From the IMG/VR virus record IMGVR_UViG_3300048672_000512, positions 96,001-160,000 of that record: 64,000 nucleotides of DNA. The stretch is one strand, 5' to 3'. Within the stretch, counting starts at the first letter, position 1. Each line of letters starts with the position of its first letter. Positions 28,139 to 36,868 of the stretch are shown here, one piece after another. The notes beneath the pieces were generated by a model. It saw only the letters and a list, made by a program, of their open reading frames with translations, made no database searches and was not told the DNA's origin. The position numbers were made by a program, and so were the translations under genes. Origin of the DNA: a virus.

Positions 28139-29230
28139 TTAGTGTATTGCCACAAGATGACCCGTGGACGTTTGAACTATGTCTTGAGGTTTCTTTTGAA
28201 CAGAAGTACTTGCCGGCAGTCTGCTGCTTGCAGGTTTACTCGATGCCGCTGTAGATGCTTGTGTCTTTTCAGAAGGTGCAGGCGTAGTCGGATTGTTGCT
28301 AACAAGTGCTGGCTGCGTTGTTGACTTAGCTATAACACTGGAGGCCGGTGCATAACTAGTCTTTAGTGCTTTACGGTTTGCGTCTATATACTGACCTACA
28401 GTTTCCGCCTTGCCGCCTATGTTGACGCTTATCGCGTACTGCGTATCTGCTGGCAGGTAGGAAATCTTGTAGTTTGAATCCGAGTCATAAGCGCGTATGA
28501 CGTTCAGCGTATTAGCTGAACCTATCTGATGTGACAGGTAAAGAAACACTGGATCGTTGGCATACTTGCTATCCACCCCTTTATTAATCAGGTACTTCTT
28601 GTTCTCGACAGCTAAGCGCATGGTAGCGTCAAGATTCTCTTCTGGATCAAAGCGGTTGCGCAGACCCATCGCTTTTGCTGTTCTAGCCGTGAACTGACCA
28701 AGACCAACAGCACCTGTGCTTGATATAGCGTTTGGATTGCCGCCAGACTCCACTGCAATTATTCGTAGCATGTCTTCTGGATTCAGACCGTACTGCTTTG
28801 CCTTTTCTCTAATACGCGATTCAAGACTTTCTGATATACCACCGCGACCAAAAGATCCTACAGTAACACCCGAGCTTTCAACCTGAGAAGCTGCCGCTAC
28901 TTCCTCAGAAGACAGTCGAACGTTACGCATGCGCACTTTTGATGGCACGTAGCTTTGTTCTCTGTTGCCTTTGATAGTTGGTGTTTGCGCTGAAGAGATA
29001 ACAGGTTCAATTTCATCCAGCAGGGGTTTCGATTCACCTTTGATGCTAGCTAGTATGTCAGAAAGCTTTATTTTTCTGACTGAATAAAGCAGAAATGCCC
29101 CGCCAGCTATTGCTGCAACGAGGCTAAGAAACTGCATCAGGCTGGAAGTCTTCAGCGGCTGCGAGACTTCCTCTATGTTTGCTACGTCTGCTTTTGACAG
29201 AAGTCTAGTTGAAGGTCGGAAGTCTCGCAT
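28139..29230 (-). CDS. Lytic transglycosylase (SLT domain), tail-associated
   Basis: AKQYGLNPEDMLRIIAVESGGNPNAISSTGAVGLGQF...DPEENL; N-terminal hydrophobic helix. Confidence 0.9.
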   Translation of the reverse strand: MRDFRPSTRLLSKADVANIEEVSQPLKTSSLMQFLSLVAAIAGGAFLLYSVRKIKLSDILASIKGESKPLLDEIEPVISSAQTPTIKGNREQSYVPSKVRMRNVRLSSEEVAAASQVESSGVTVGSFGRGGISESLESRIREKAKQYGLNPEDMLRIIAVESGGNPNAISSTGAVGLGQFTARTAKAMGLRNRFDPEENLDATMRLAVENKKYLINKGVDSKYANDPVFLYLSHQIGSANTLNVIRAYDSDSNYKISYLPADTQYAISVNIGGKAETVGQYIDANRKALKTSYAPASSVIAKSTTQPALVSNNPTTPAPSEKTQASTAASSKPASSRLPASTSVQKKPQDIVQTSTGHLVAIH

Positions 29231-29237
29231 TGTGGTT

Positions 29238-29636
29238 TCAGTTCACTACCGCCAAGTTGAAGTTGAATGTGTCTCGAAACTCAGTATTGACCGCACCGTA
29301 GTTGAGTTGAATTCGATACCCAGGAATCGACACATCTGGAGTCACAACGATGTCTCCGTTGGTAACTCGAATTCTAGGTTCTTGCGAACGAATGCAACTC
29401 AACATGCCAGCTGTAACCTGAAGTGCTGTAACTTCAGAGATTGGTTCACCGAGAGCTTCCAGAAGCTGACCACCCCACGTTGGATTGAAGCTTCGGCTTC
29501 GACATCCAGCGTAGGATACAAACAGGCACTTCAGGTTTGCTTTTATGGAATCAATGCCGGATATGGTGTCTGCCTTTCCGTCTTGCATGTAGAAAGGGTT
29601 GATATCCTTGAATAGTGTGCTTATGCTTATTGCCAT
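29238..29636 (-). CDS. Baseplate gp25-like protein
   Basis: IKANLKCLF...RSFNPTWGGQL...EPI...EPRIRV. Confidence 0.85.
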   Translation of the reverse strand: MAISISTLFKDINPFYMQDGKADTISGIDSIKANLKCLFVSYAGCRSRSFNPTWGGQLLEALGEPISEVTALQVTAGMLSCIRSQEPRIRVTNGDIVVTPDVSIPGYRIQLNYGAVNTEFRDTFNFNLAVVN

Positions 29637-29639
29637 ATG

Positions 29640-30113
29640 TTAAGATAGTCCGTGTTTCTTCTTGTACCGAGCTGCCCAGGTAGCGGGGTTTTTGTCTTTT
29701 AGAAGCACCTCAGCATACTCGTAGGACTCGTCATCGTCTGCTATAGCTATAGTCTCTTCACCTGCTGGAAACCGATCTTTCTTTACATACATAGCATAGT
29801 TGAAACAAAAGTTGTCATCGCTAGCTATCAAAGGCTCACCTAGAGGGAATGGACGTTTAAGTATTTCGGAAGCATACTTGTATGCGTATTCAGCGTCCTT
29901 AGCAATTGCGGCTTCGCCAGCAGGGAAGGGTTTTCTTGAAACACTTGTAGCATACAAATATGCATAGTAGGTACTGTTAGCCCACAGACTTTCAAGTTTT
30001 CTCTTCTCTTCAGGCGTTCTTGCTGCTTCCCAGGCTATCTTTGGTATGCGCGTTTTGGCAGCTTCGTAACCATCAAGGGTTTCGGGGTGAGTGTGGAATT
30101 TGTATAAGTTCAT
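29640..30113 (-). CDS. Helical-repeat hypothetical protein
   Basis: Three approximately 24-aa repeats YAxxYAxxVxKxxFPxGExxIA. Confidence 0.7.
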   Translation of the reverse strand: MNLYKFHTHPETLDGYEAAKTRIPKIAWEAARTPEEKRKLESLWANSTYYAYLYATSVSRKPFPAGEAAIAKDAEYAYKYASEILKRPFPLGEPLIASDDNFCFNYAMYVKKDRFPAGEETIAIADDDESYEYAEVLLKDKNPATWAARYKKKHGLS

Positions 30114-30125
30114 ACTATTTGCTGT

Positions 30126-30896
30126 TTAAGGAATCACAGGAGAAGTTGTACCTGGGCCACCTTGCACTCCACCGTGCGTATGTGTAGAACCGACGTTGAC
30201 ACCTGCCTGCTTCAAGATTCCAGTCACGCTTACGTTTCCGGTAGCAGTTGTGTTTCCAGTTATAGACACATTAGCGTTAGCGGTAACGTCCTGAGTAACC
30301 GTTAGCTTCTTATCTAACAGTGTGTCACCTGTCACTTCAGTGTTTGGCGTGTCAAGTGTTATCTTTGTGGTAGCTTTCAACTTTATGTTTGGAGCTTCCA
30401 TGTTTATATCCTTGACCGCCTTCACTTGCACGGTGCCATCCGCAAGTATTGTCAGCTCGGTTCCGCTCTTGTGCTTGAAGTAGACAGTCTCGGAGCCTTC
30501 TTTGTTGTCCACATAAAAAATGTTCCCGGACGGATCCACAAAGCCACGTCGGTCCGGATAGTTAGTTGCAAGAGGCTCCGGAACTGCAGTTGTTTCCAAA
30601 TGCACATAACCTTCAAATACTGGAAAGTGCACGTCACCGCCCTGAAAGGAAACAAGAAGCTTGCTTCCAATTGCTGGTACAGACACCGTAACGGCACTAT
30701 CCGTAACGCCAAAGGAGGAAGCTACTCTTGGAAGAATCCAAGGTAGGTCTTCAGCCTTCTCAGCATCAATCACATTAGGAATTCTAATACGGACACGCTG
30801 CTGTTTCTTCTTGTCGTTGTTGTCAACCACAGTTGCAAGAAACAGACCGTCGTAACTGGACGTCGCTAGCTGCCTTGAATTGTTGAATGCTGCCAT
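30126..30896 (-). CDS. Baseplate spike (gp5/gpV-like)
   Basis: ATVVDNND...RVRIRIP...LPW...VPAIGS OB-fold; C-terminal HTH metal-binding tip. Confidence 0.85.
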   Translation of the reverse strand: MAAFNNSRQLATSSYDGLFLATVVDNNDKKKQQRVRIRIPNVIDAEKAEDLPWILPRVASSFGVTDSAVTVSVPAIGSKLLVSFQGGDVHFPVFEGYVHLETTAVPEPLATNYPDRRGFVDPSGNIFYVDNKEGSETVYFKHKSGTELTILADGTVQVKAVKDINMEAPNIKLKATTKITLDTPNTEVTGDTLLDKKLTVTQDVTANANVSITGNTTATGNVSVTGILKQAGVNVGSTHTHGGVQGGPGTTSPVIP

Positions 30897-33566
30897 TTAT
30901 CTTGCAAGATGTCCAAGGTTTGCGAAGAAGAAACCACCATCCATCCAGGAGAAAGTAGGAATGGACAGAACGCTATTTGCCTGACTGCTACCAGCTGGTT
31001 GTGACTGTGCTGCGGGTTTGCTTTCCGTCTGCGCTGCTGGTGCAGGCACCGCTTTCTGCATACTAGGTGCTTGAGTATTTACAAGCTTCGGTTGCGTTGC
31101 CGGAGTTGAGGACTTGCCAAGACCGGAAGCAACACTACTGTTTGACGGATACAGAGGCGTTCCGTCTGCATTGGTAACGCGACCACTTGCAGTGCGCTGC
31201 GCTTTGCTGTCAATCGGCCTTGTATCTAGTGTGGCGTTGTAGTCAGTGAGGCGTTCAAGAAGACTACGGGTTGCTGACGGGTAGGACTTGCGTACGTTTG
31301 CGTCACGGATTGCGGTCGGAGACGTTCTTACGAATCCACTGTCAGCTAACAGTCCAGACTTCTCCATATCGTTTATAGTTGTTGATGGCATGGTTATTGA
31401 GTAACCGTCATCACTTATGCTATGTACGTCCGGAGTGTTGAAGCCTAGATTCTGTACGTGTGTAAGAAGGTTGGAAAACTTGCTCTTTGTTGTTGGAGCA
31501 AGTTTGTCCAGGTTAACGCCAAGAGCTGTTACTTTTCCGCTTTCAGTAAGCGCTGTAGTTGTTGGCTTAAGATACCTATCAACAGAGTCTAGCGCTTTCT
31601 TACTGAAATAGCTTTCTACGCTATCGTAAACCCAAGTTCCTATTTTGGAAGCCAGCTCAGCAGCCCAGGAAACAAATTGCTTGCCAACTTCAGTGTTTAG
31701 CACTTTCACTACTAAAGTTCCCAGGCCGGCAATTCCAGCAGTAAGCTCTGCTCCGTCTATCAACCCTTTGATAACCGGATTTTCAAGAAGCATATCAAGA
31801 AGAGTTCCGAAAGAGTCTCTTGGCCTTCTTGCGTTCTCTGCAATCACGTGCAAGTCTGCAGTTTGCGACTCACGCATGCGACGGTCTTCAACTTCAGCGA
31901 CAGCGTTTGCAGCCTGCTGCGTTTCAGAAGTCATACCATAGGAGGGTTCTATGCGTTGTTGCATAGCCTTCTTGTTTGAAGGAAGAGAAAGCAGCTGCAC
32001 TATAGACTGAACTAATGGCTTCAACTGTATCTCTTTGAGCGCAGAGTACGTGCGACTCATGATGGTGCTGGTGTTCTGTGCTACAGGCTGCACAATCTCA
32101 GCAGGCATGTTGCCTACTTTAGACTGCAGAGTTCTTACATCTGCAGTCAGCACCGTCAGCATCTCAATTATTGTCTTGTAGTTCTTAGCATGCTGAACGC
32201 GTTTACTCTGCTCTGCCTTTTCAGGCTTCTTGTTTTTGCGCTCCCACTCGCCAACAGCGCTGGTGTCAGGAACATCAGAAGTTAATCCTGTGTCTGTTGG
32301 AGTTGCAGCTGTCTGCGTTGTGATTGACTCCTGTGCAACCGACTCTTCTTGAGACTTTGCTAGAAGCCTAGTGTCACGTAAGGATCTGCGAAGCTTGCGG
32401 CTGCTAAGAACCGCAGCTTTTCTCAGTGCCCTGCCAACAGCATTCGAGTCTTTGCTTCGCAGGCTTTTAGCCGCACGTTTCAGAATGCTTGCAGTTGCCT
32501 TTGAAGCCGCGTTACCCGCCAACTTACTAGCGGCCTTTGCACCTTGCAACGTCTTTCTGCCCGCCCAACCTAAACCCTTTCCTGCTGCGTCTCCAGCACG
32601 ACGAACAGAATAGGGAAGCGCTTGCGCTGCTAGGTTGTGGATGTCACGGAGGTTAGACAGCCCCTCACGCAGATAGGATGGAACATTCTGAAGCACTCGC
32701 TTTGTGCTACGTCCGACTCGATAAGTGCCTCGAATGAGTCGAAAGGCGTTGTACAGGTTTACACCCTTTATACCTATGAACTTGCCAACGGAAGCTGACG
32801 TCTTGTTGAGTTTGTCAACAGCATTCTGACGCTTCTCTTCAAGGAAGTCTGCAGCCTGAAACACGTCATCAAGCTGCGCAACAACAGGCTGACTAAGCTC
32901 AACGCCACGTGCTGTATGCAGATACTGATAGTTTTCGATTCGACGCTTCAGAAGCTTGTAAGTCTCAAGCTGACCACGCTCGATAGACGTCAGAAGTTTC
33001 TGTACATCTTTGGCTAGAACAAGAAGCAGCTCTTTATCATTGCGTGTCTGTTCATCATGTCCATACTGAATAGCATACAGACGTTGCACACCCGTGTTGA
33101 TAAACGAGTACCTGCGCAACAGGCTCGGCATGTCATTCAACAACTCGGTACGCGTTTCGCGCAGCTGCGATTCTCGATACCGAAGAACCGTTCGGCCAGT
33201 AAACGTCTGTCTCTGCTGAAGCGCAGATGTGAGTGCAATTTCCAGGCTTCGAGTTCTTGCATCGATTGAGCGAAGCGCCTGCAGCGAGTCTGCGTTTTCA
33301 GGCGAGCCTTGAAGCGCTTCAAGTTCAGCGTACAGGTCGCTCAGCTGTGCAATGAAAGAATCGATTGCTAGCTTGTCTGGCAACACCTTTGTTGCTACGT
33401 AGTCCAGTTCGATTCGACGCTTCAGAGAAGAGAACATCAGTTCTCCCTCTGCGTCGCGGTTGAACTTTGGAAAAGACACATTGCTGCGCACGATCGCCTG
33501 AGCAGCCTTTGTATCTCTTATTTTCGGAAGTCCTTTTACTTTGTGCAGAGGCGTCGTGATTGGCAT
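30897..33566 (-). CDS. Tape-measure-like protein
   Basis: 889 aa, helical and Ala/Lys-rich, with a hydrophobic central segment; follows the chaperone-like genes. Confidence 0.5.
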   Translation of the reverse strand: MPITTPLHKVKGLPKIRDTKAAQAIVRSNVSFPKFNRDAEGELMFSSLKRRIELDYVATKVLPDKLAIDSFIAQLSDLYAELEALQGSPENADSLQALRSIDARTRSLEIALTSALQQRQTFTGRTVLRYRESQLRETRTELLNDMPSLLRRYSFINTGVQRLYAIQYGHDEQTRNDKELLLVLAKDVQKLLTSIERGQLETYKLLKRRIENYQYLHTARGVELSQPVVAQLDDVFQAADFLEEKRQNAVDKLNKTSASVGKFIGIKGVNLYNAFRLIRGTYRVGRSTKRVLQNVPSYLREGLSNLRDIHNLAAQALPYSVRRAGDAAGKGLGWAGRKTLQGAKAASKLAGNAASKATASILKRAAKSLRSKDSNAVGRALRKAAVLSSRKLRRSLRDTRLLAKSQEESVAQESITTQTAATPTDTGLTSDVPDTSAVGEWERKNKKPEKAEQSKRVQHAKNYKTIIEMLTVLTADVRTLQSKVGNMPAEIVQPVAQNTSTIMSRTYSALKEIQLKPLVQSIVQLLSLPSNKKAMQQRIEPSYGMTSETQQAANAVAEVEDRRMRESQTADLHVIAENARRPRDSFGTLLDMLLENPVIKGLIDGAELTAGIAGLGTLVVKVLNTEVGKQFVSWAAELASKIGTWVYDSVESYFSKKALDSVDRYLKPTTTALTESGKVTALGVNLDKLAPTTKSKFSNLLTHVQNLGFNTPDVHSISDDGYSITMPSTTINDMEKSGLLADSGFVRTSPTAIRDANVRKSYPSATRSLLERLTDYNATLDTRPIDSKAQRTASGRVTNADGTPLYPSNSSVASGLGKSSTPATQPKLVNTQAPSMQKAVPAPAAQTESKPAAQSQPAGSSQANSVLSIPTFSWMDGGFFFANLGHLAR

Positions 33567-33567
33567 G

Positions 33568-33762
33568 TTAAGTCTTTTGAGTTCGCTTGTTAAGAGCCGA
33601 AGAATTCATGAAAAGCAACTGCTTCAAAGGAACATCAAGGCTCAAGAATACTCCGAACTCTTCTGCAATAAGAGCCTGCGCTTCATACAGAAACTGTTCG
33701 GAGTAGAAGTTAAAGAAACGAGTGTGCCGCGATGGAGATTTCATTCTCCACAGCAGCACCAC
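33568..33762 (-). CDS. Small tail assembly protein (gp51-like or frameshift extension)
   Basis: FYSEQFLYEAQALIAEEFG...; overlaps the end of the upstream gene in the +1 frame. Confidence 0.55.
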   Translation of the reverse strand: MVLLWRMKSPSRHTRFFNFYSEQFLYEAQALIAEEFGVFLSLDVPLKQLLFMNSSALNKRTQKT

Positions 33763-34660
33763 ACTCCTTGCATGTAAACTTCACTTGTTCGATCACGCCA
33801 TAGTCTTGAACGTGATCACGATAGTCACACACCGTTTCGAGTTCATCGACGGTAAGTGACTGCACCAACTCAATTCGGTCTTTCAACGAAACCTGAACTT
33901 GACTTGCATCTTCTCCGTTGTACTTCAGATAGCTAGCAATGTCTGCAAGGTAGTCGATCTCTCGCGTTATGTCTGGCGAAGTGTCAACGATGTCCTCAAG
34001 CTCAAGCAGATCACGAACCGTTGCCGGATGAAAAGCAAAAGGCGTAGACTCAAGAGCACTGCCGTTTTGCGCTACAAACTCTGCAACAGGTCCGTAGTCA
34101 AATTCGTTTTCTGTCAGTGTCGTTCGATTGATAGTGACAATCGTCTTGAGCGTTTCTGGCTTGAGTTCTCCAGACTTGATCTTCTTGAGGTGATCAGGGT
34201 TGTTGCAGAAACCAACGTGCGTAAGCGGGCTTCGTGTGTAGTGGTTGATTCGCAACCAATACAGCAACCAGTAGTAGTCTGGAATCGTCAGGTCAAGCGT
34301 GGAAACAGGAAGGCCGTCAGCGGTATGCAGAAGTGTAGAGACAGCTTCTGCCATGTGACGGTGGTTCTTCTCTGCAGCTGCTCGCGCAAACTTTGCTTGG
34401 TGGTAACCAAGAAGCGGAGAAACCGTCAGTGTCTTGAAATCGTAGAAGTAGAATTTGCTAGGCAGTTGAACGCTGACCACTTTCGGATTGACTGTTGCGG
34501 CATCCGAAGTTGCAGCAATATCAGTTCGAGCAACTGTATTGAACTTCGGGATCTGCACTTGCGCAGGTGCTGTAGTTTCCTGCACCTGAACTGTCGGACG
34601 TCGAACTTGAACGCTGACTCGGTTGTTAGAAGAATTTTGCTTTGACATAGTCTCTTGCAC
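33710..34660 (-). CDS. Baseplate hub/tail assembly chaperone (gp26-like)
   Basis: VQLPSKFYFY, DLTIPDYYWLLYWLRINHY, C-terminal CKECG, ends SFL. Confidence 0.65.
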   Translation of the reverse strand: MQETMSKQNSSNNRVSVQVRRPTVQVQETTAPAQVQIPKFNTVARTDIAATSDAATVNPKVVSVQLPSKFYFYDFKTLTVSPLLGYHQAKFARAAAEKNHRHMAEAVSTLLHTADGLPVSTLDLTIPDYYWLLYWLRINHYTRSPLTHVGFCNNPDHLKKIKSGELKPETLKTIVTINRTTLTENEFDYGPVAEFVAQNGSALESTPFAFHPATVRDLLELEDIVDTSPDITREIDYLADIASYLKYNGEDASQVQVSLKDRIELVQSLTVDELETVCDYRDHVQDYGVIEQVKFTCKECGAAVENEISIAAHSFL

Positions 34661-35612
34661 TTGCTGGCGTGAATGAAGGAATTCCTGATGCTAACAGGGA
34701 CGTAGGTAGTTTCGGCCCGCTAGGACCGCCCTGATCATTATTCACATTATCCAGCATGCCGCTTTCAACTGAAATGTGATCTACAGAAAGCTGCATTGTG
34801 GTAGTAAGGGGTTCAGAGGAACTGCCATTCATCGCATAGGAGTCCCATGAGACAGGAAAGCAACCTATGAAGGTGAACTTCACCAAGGCATTGCGCCTAG
34901 CATCATGCACAATGCAGACAACGTTCCTCTTGTACTGCGACGGCATTCTATAGTTGCCAGTCTTGCTGTCAAACACTGAGTCAAACCAGGAACTAGCAAA
35001 CTGAAACGCCTGAGCTGTTGTATCCGTGAAGAAGGTTATTGCAATACCATCACACGAAAAAGCACCAGCGTAATTCTTAGCCTTGCCTTCTCGAAACACG
35101 GTGTGCACATCGAAGCTAAGGTGTGGCGTTTGTAGCGTCTCAATGTAGATTGGATCTATGATTGAATCGTTCTCACTCACCACTGGATTGACAAAGGCAA
35201 CCCACTCGAATGAAAGCAGCGGATCACCACGAGCCTGCATCTTCTTCTTGAAGTCTGCTTTCGTTTCCGGTGTTGCGTATGGTCCAAAGGCTGCAGTTTC
35301 AAAGGAGTTCAACCCACCCAAGTTTATGCCAAGAGCGGAACCTACATCCTTGAAAAGGTTTGCAGCTTTCTGCGCAGACACCAGAGCTTTGTTAGCAGAA
35401 CCCACAACCTGATTGACGCGACCCATTACGCGACCGGCACCTTGCGAAGCTGTATTAGTGACTCGATCCGCAAAGTTGCTAACCTTGTCTGCTGATACCG
35501 TTACGCGATCAACTACCTTGCCTGCAAAGCGAACAGGTTGCTGCGCTTGTTGTAGCTGAACCTTTGGTTGAAAGATGGATAGGCCTGTGGGTGGTCTTGG
35601 AATGAATGCCAT
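34626..35612 (-). CDS. Tail-tube-fold protein (gp19/gp54-like) with N-terminal extension
   Basis: DPLLSFEW...ITFFTD...YKRNV...FTFIGCFPVSW...MQLSVD. Confidence 0.7.
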   Translation of the reverse strand: MAFIPRPPTGLSIFQPKVQLQQAQQPVRFAGKVVDRVTVSADKVSNFADRVTNTASQGAGRVMGRVNQVVGSANKALVSAQKAANLFKDVGSALGINLGGLNSFETAAFGPYATPETKADFKKKMQARGDPLLSFEWVAFVNPVVSENDSIIDPIYIETLQTPHLSFDVHTVFREGKAKNYAGAFSCDGIAITFFTDTTAQAFQFASSWFDSVFDSKTGNYRMPSQYKRNVVCIVHDARRNALVKFTFIGCFPVSWDSYAMNGSSSEPLTTTMQLSVDHISVESGMLDNVNNDQGGPSGPKLPTSLLASGIPSFTPASARDYVKAKFF

Positions 35613-35880
35613 ATATTGTCCTTATTACCAGCACCCACAAGATGGCTGCTGTTCGAGCGCGATGGCTCCGGTTCAAATACTGTGAACGAGCGATAGCGAG
35701 TTAGGTGTTACCCCACCCCACCCTACGATACCTCCCCTGAGAGATTAACCTAACATACGTAATTAACCTGACGAGCGCAAGCGAGGAAAGGTTGGATCGT
35801 CTACCGAAGCGAAGCGTAGGTAGCGAGCCCACAGGAATGCAGACACAGCCCCTTCCGTGAGATTGCCAAGCGGAAAAACA

Positions 35881-35915
35881 AAACCCCCGGAGACAGCACG
35901 TTTCCGGGGGTTTTT
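35881..35915. terminator. Bidirectional-type terminator hairpin
   Basis: AAACCCCCGGA...TCCGGGGGTTTTT with A/T tracts on both sides. Confidence 0.8.
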
Positions 35916-35956
35916 CGCTTCTGCACCCGAAACTACGGTAGGGCAGGGAAACTGCA

Positions 35957-36028
35957 GTTTCCGATCGTTTTCGTAATGAAAAAACAGCAGGAAACAGTGG
36001 TTTCCGTGCCGAGACGTGTATCTGGGTG
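35957..36028 (-). repeat. 72-bp dispersed element, copy A (inverted relative to 61759..61830)
   Basis: Hand alignment: 62/72 identical to the reverse complement of copy B. Confidence 0.9.
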
Positions 36029-36059
36029 TGTGGTCAGAAAACACGTAAAAACCACTGTT

Positions 36060-36857
36060 TTAGCCTTCGCTGTAATCGAAGCTGAACTGAATGCTGTAGC
36101 GCACGATGTCGCCAGTTTGATCCAGCTGCACGTCATCGATAGACGTCGGAAACACACCAAACAGTTTGATCTCACGAACTACTTGCGGCAGATCGTCATA
36201 AAGCTCAAGACTCACAGTGGTTGAGTAGATAGACTTGTAGCTACCGGCATTTGCTTTCCAGCTACGTGCAAGTTCTTGCCAAGCTAGAAAGGCGTCACGC
36301 GTAGACGAGTCTCGCGTTTCCACCAGCGTCACATTCCAGGTTCCATCCCACTGACGGCGACCTGCAAAGTTCAGCTTGATGCCATGAGCTTCAAGTCCAA
36401 CTTGCTCCAGCTTTGAACCCGGAATAGAAGTGCTCAGCGCCTTGTAGCTGACCTCTCGTGAAAGACTGGATCCGGGAATGTTTGGAATCGTCAAATTCCA
36501 GTTCCACATTTGTAACGGCGTTTTGTTATCGCTTTGGCATTTAACCAAAGCCTCTTTATCTTTCGATAAAGACCAGACTATATCATCGGTCTAACGTGAC
36601 CGTCGCGCGCTCGTGGGTGGAGTATTGTTTCCTCACCACCTAGTCGTTGAACCCACTCTCTTCTCTCGCTTTACGCTACTTAAGAGGCTTGGCTGCTGAT
36701 TGTCCAATGCTTGATGTTTTTAGCGTTCACGTTCACTCTCACGAGTCTCGTTGTAGCCATCAAGCCTCTAAGGATGTTCCAGCAATTCACGCGATTTACC
36801 CTGGACCTGAAGTTAATCCAGCACACTCATCATTTCTTGAAGACCAGGACGTGCCAT
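36060..36857 (-). CDS. Major tail tube protein, spliced: exon 1 36857-36816, exon 2 36518-36060 (166 aa)
   Basis: AAAGGA RBS then MARPGLQEMMSVLD joined in frame to PLQMWNWNLTIP...FAGRRQW...LFGVFPTSI...FSFDY (gp19-like); directly downstream of the sheath gene. Confidence 0.85.
36519..36815 (-). ncRNA. Group I self-splicing intron (IA-like, no ORF), 297 nt
   Basis: P GAAUUGCUGGAA, Q AAUCAGCAGCC, R GUUCAACGACUA, S GAUGAUAUAGUCU; P7 GACUA/UAGUC; P9 CUUUAUC-GAAA-GAUAAAG; 5' splice after U with U.G pair in P1; terminal G. Confidence 0.93.
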
Positions 36858-36868
36858 GTCTGTTTCCT

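Noticed and set aside
35641-35700. tRNA-like GGTTCAAAT
   Set aside because: No T-stem pairing, anticodon arm or acceptor stem could be built.
36060-36548. Track ORF MVKCQSDNKT... as the complete tail tube gene
   Set aside because: Its first 10 codons lie within intron stem P9.1 and the 3' end of the intron; the real start is ATG 36857.
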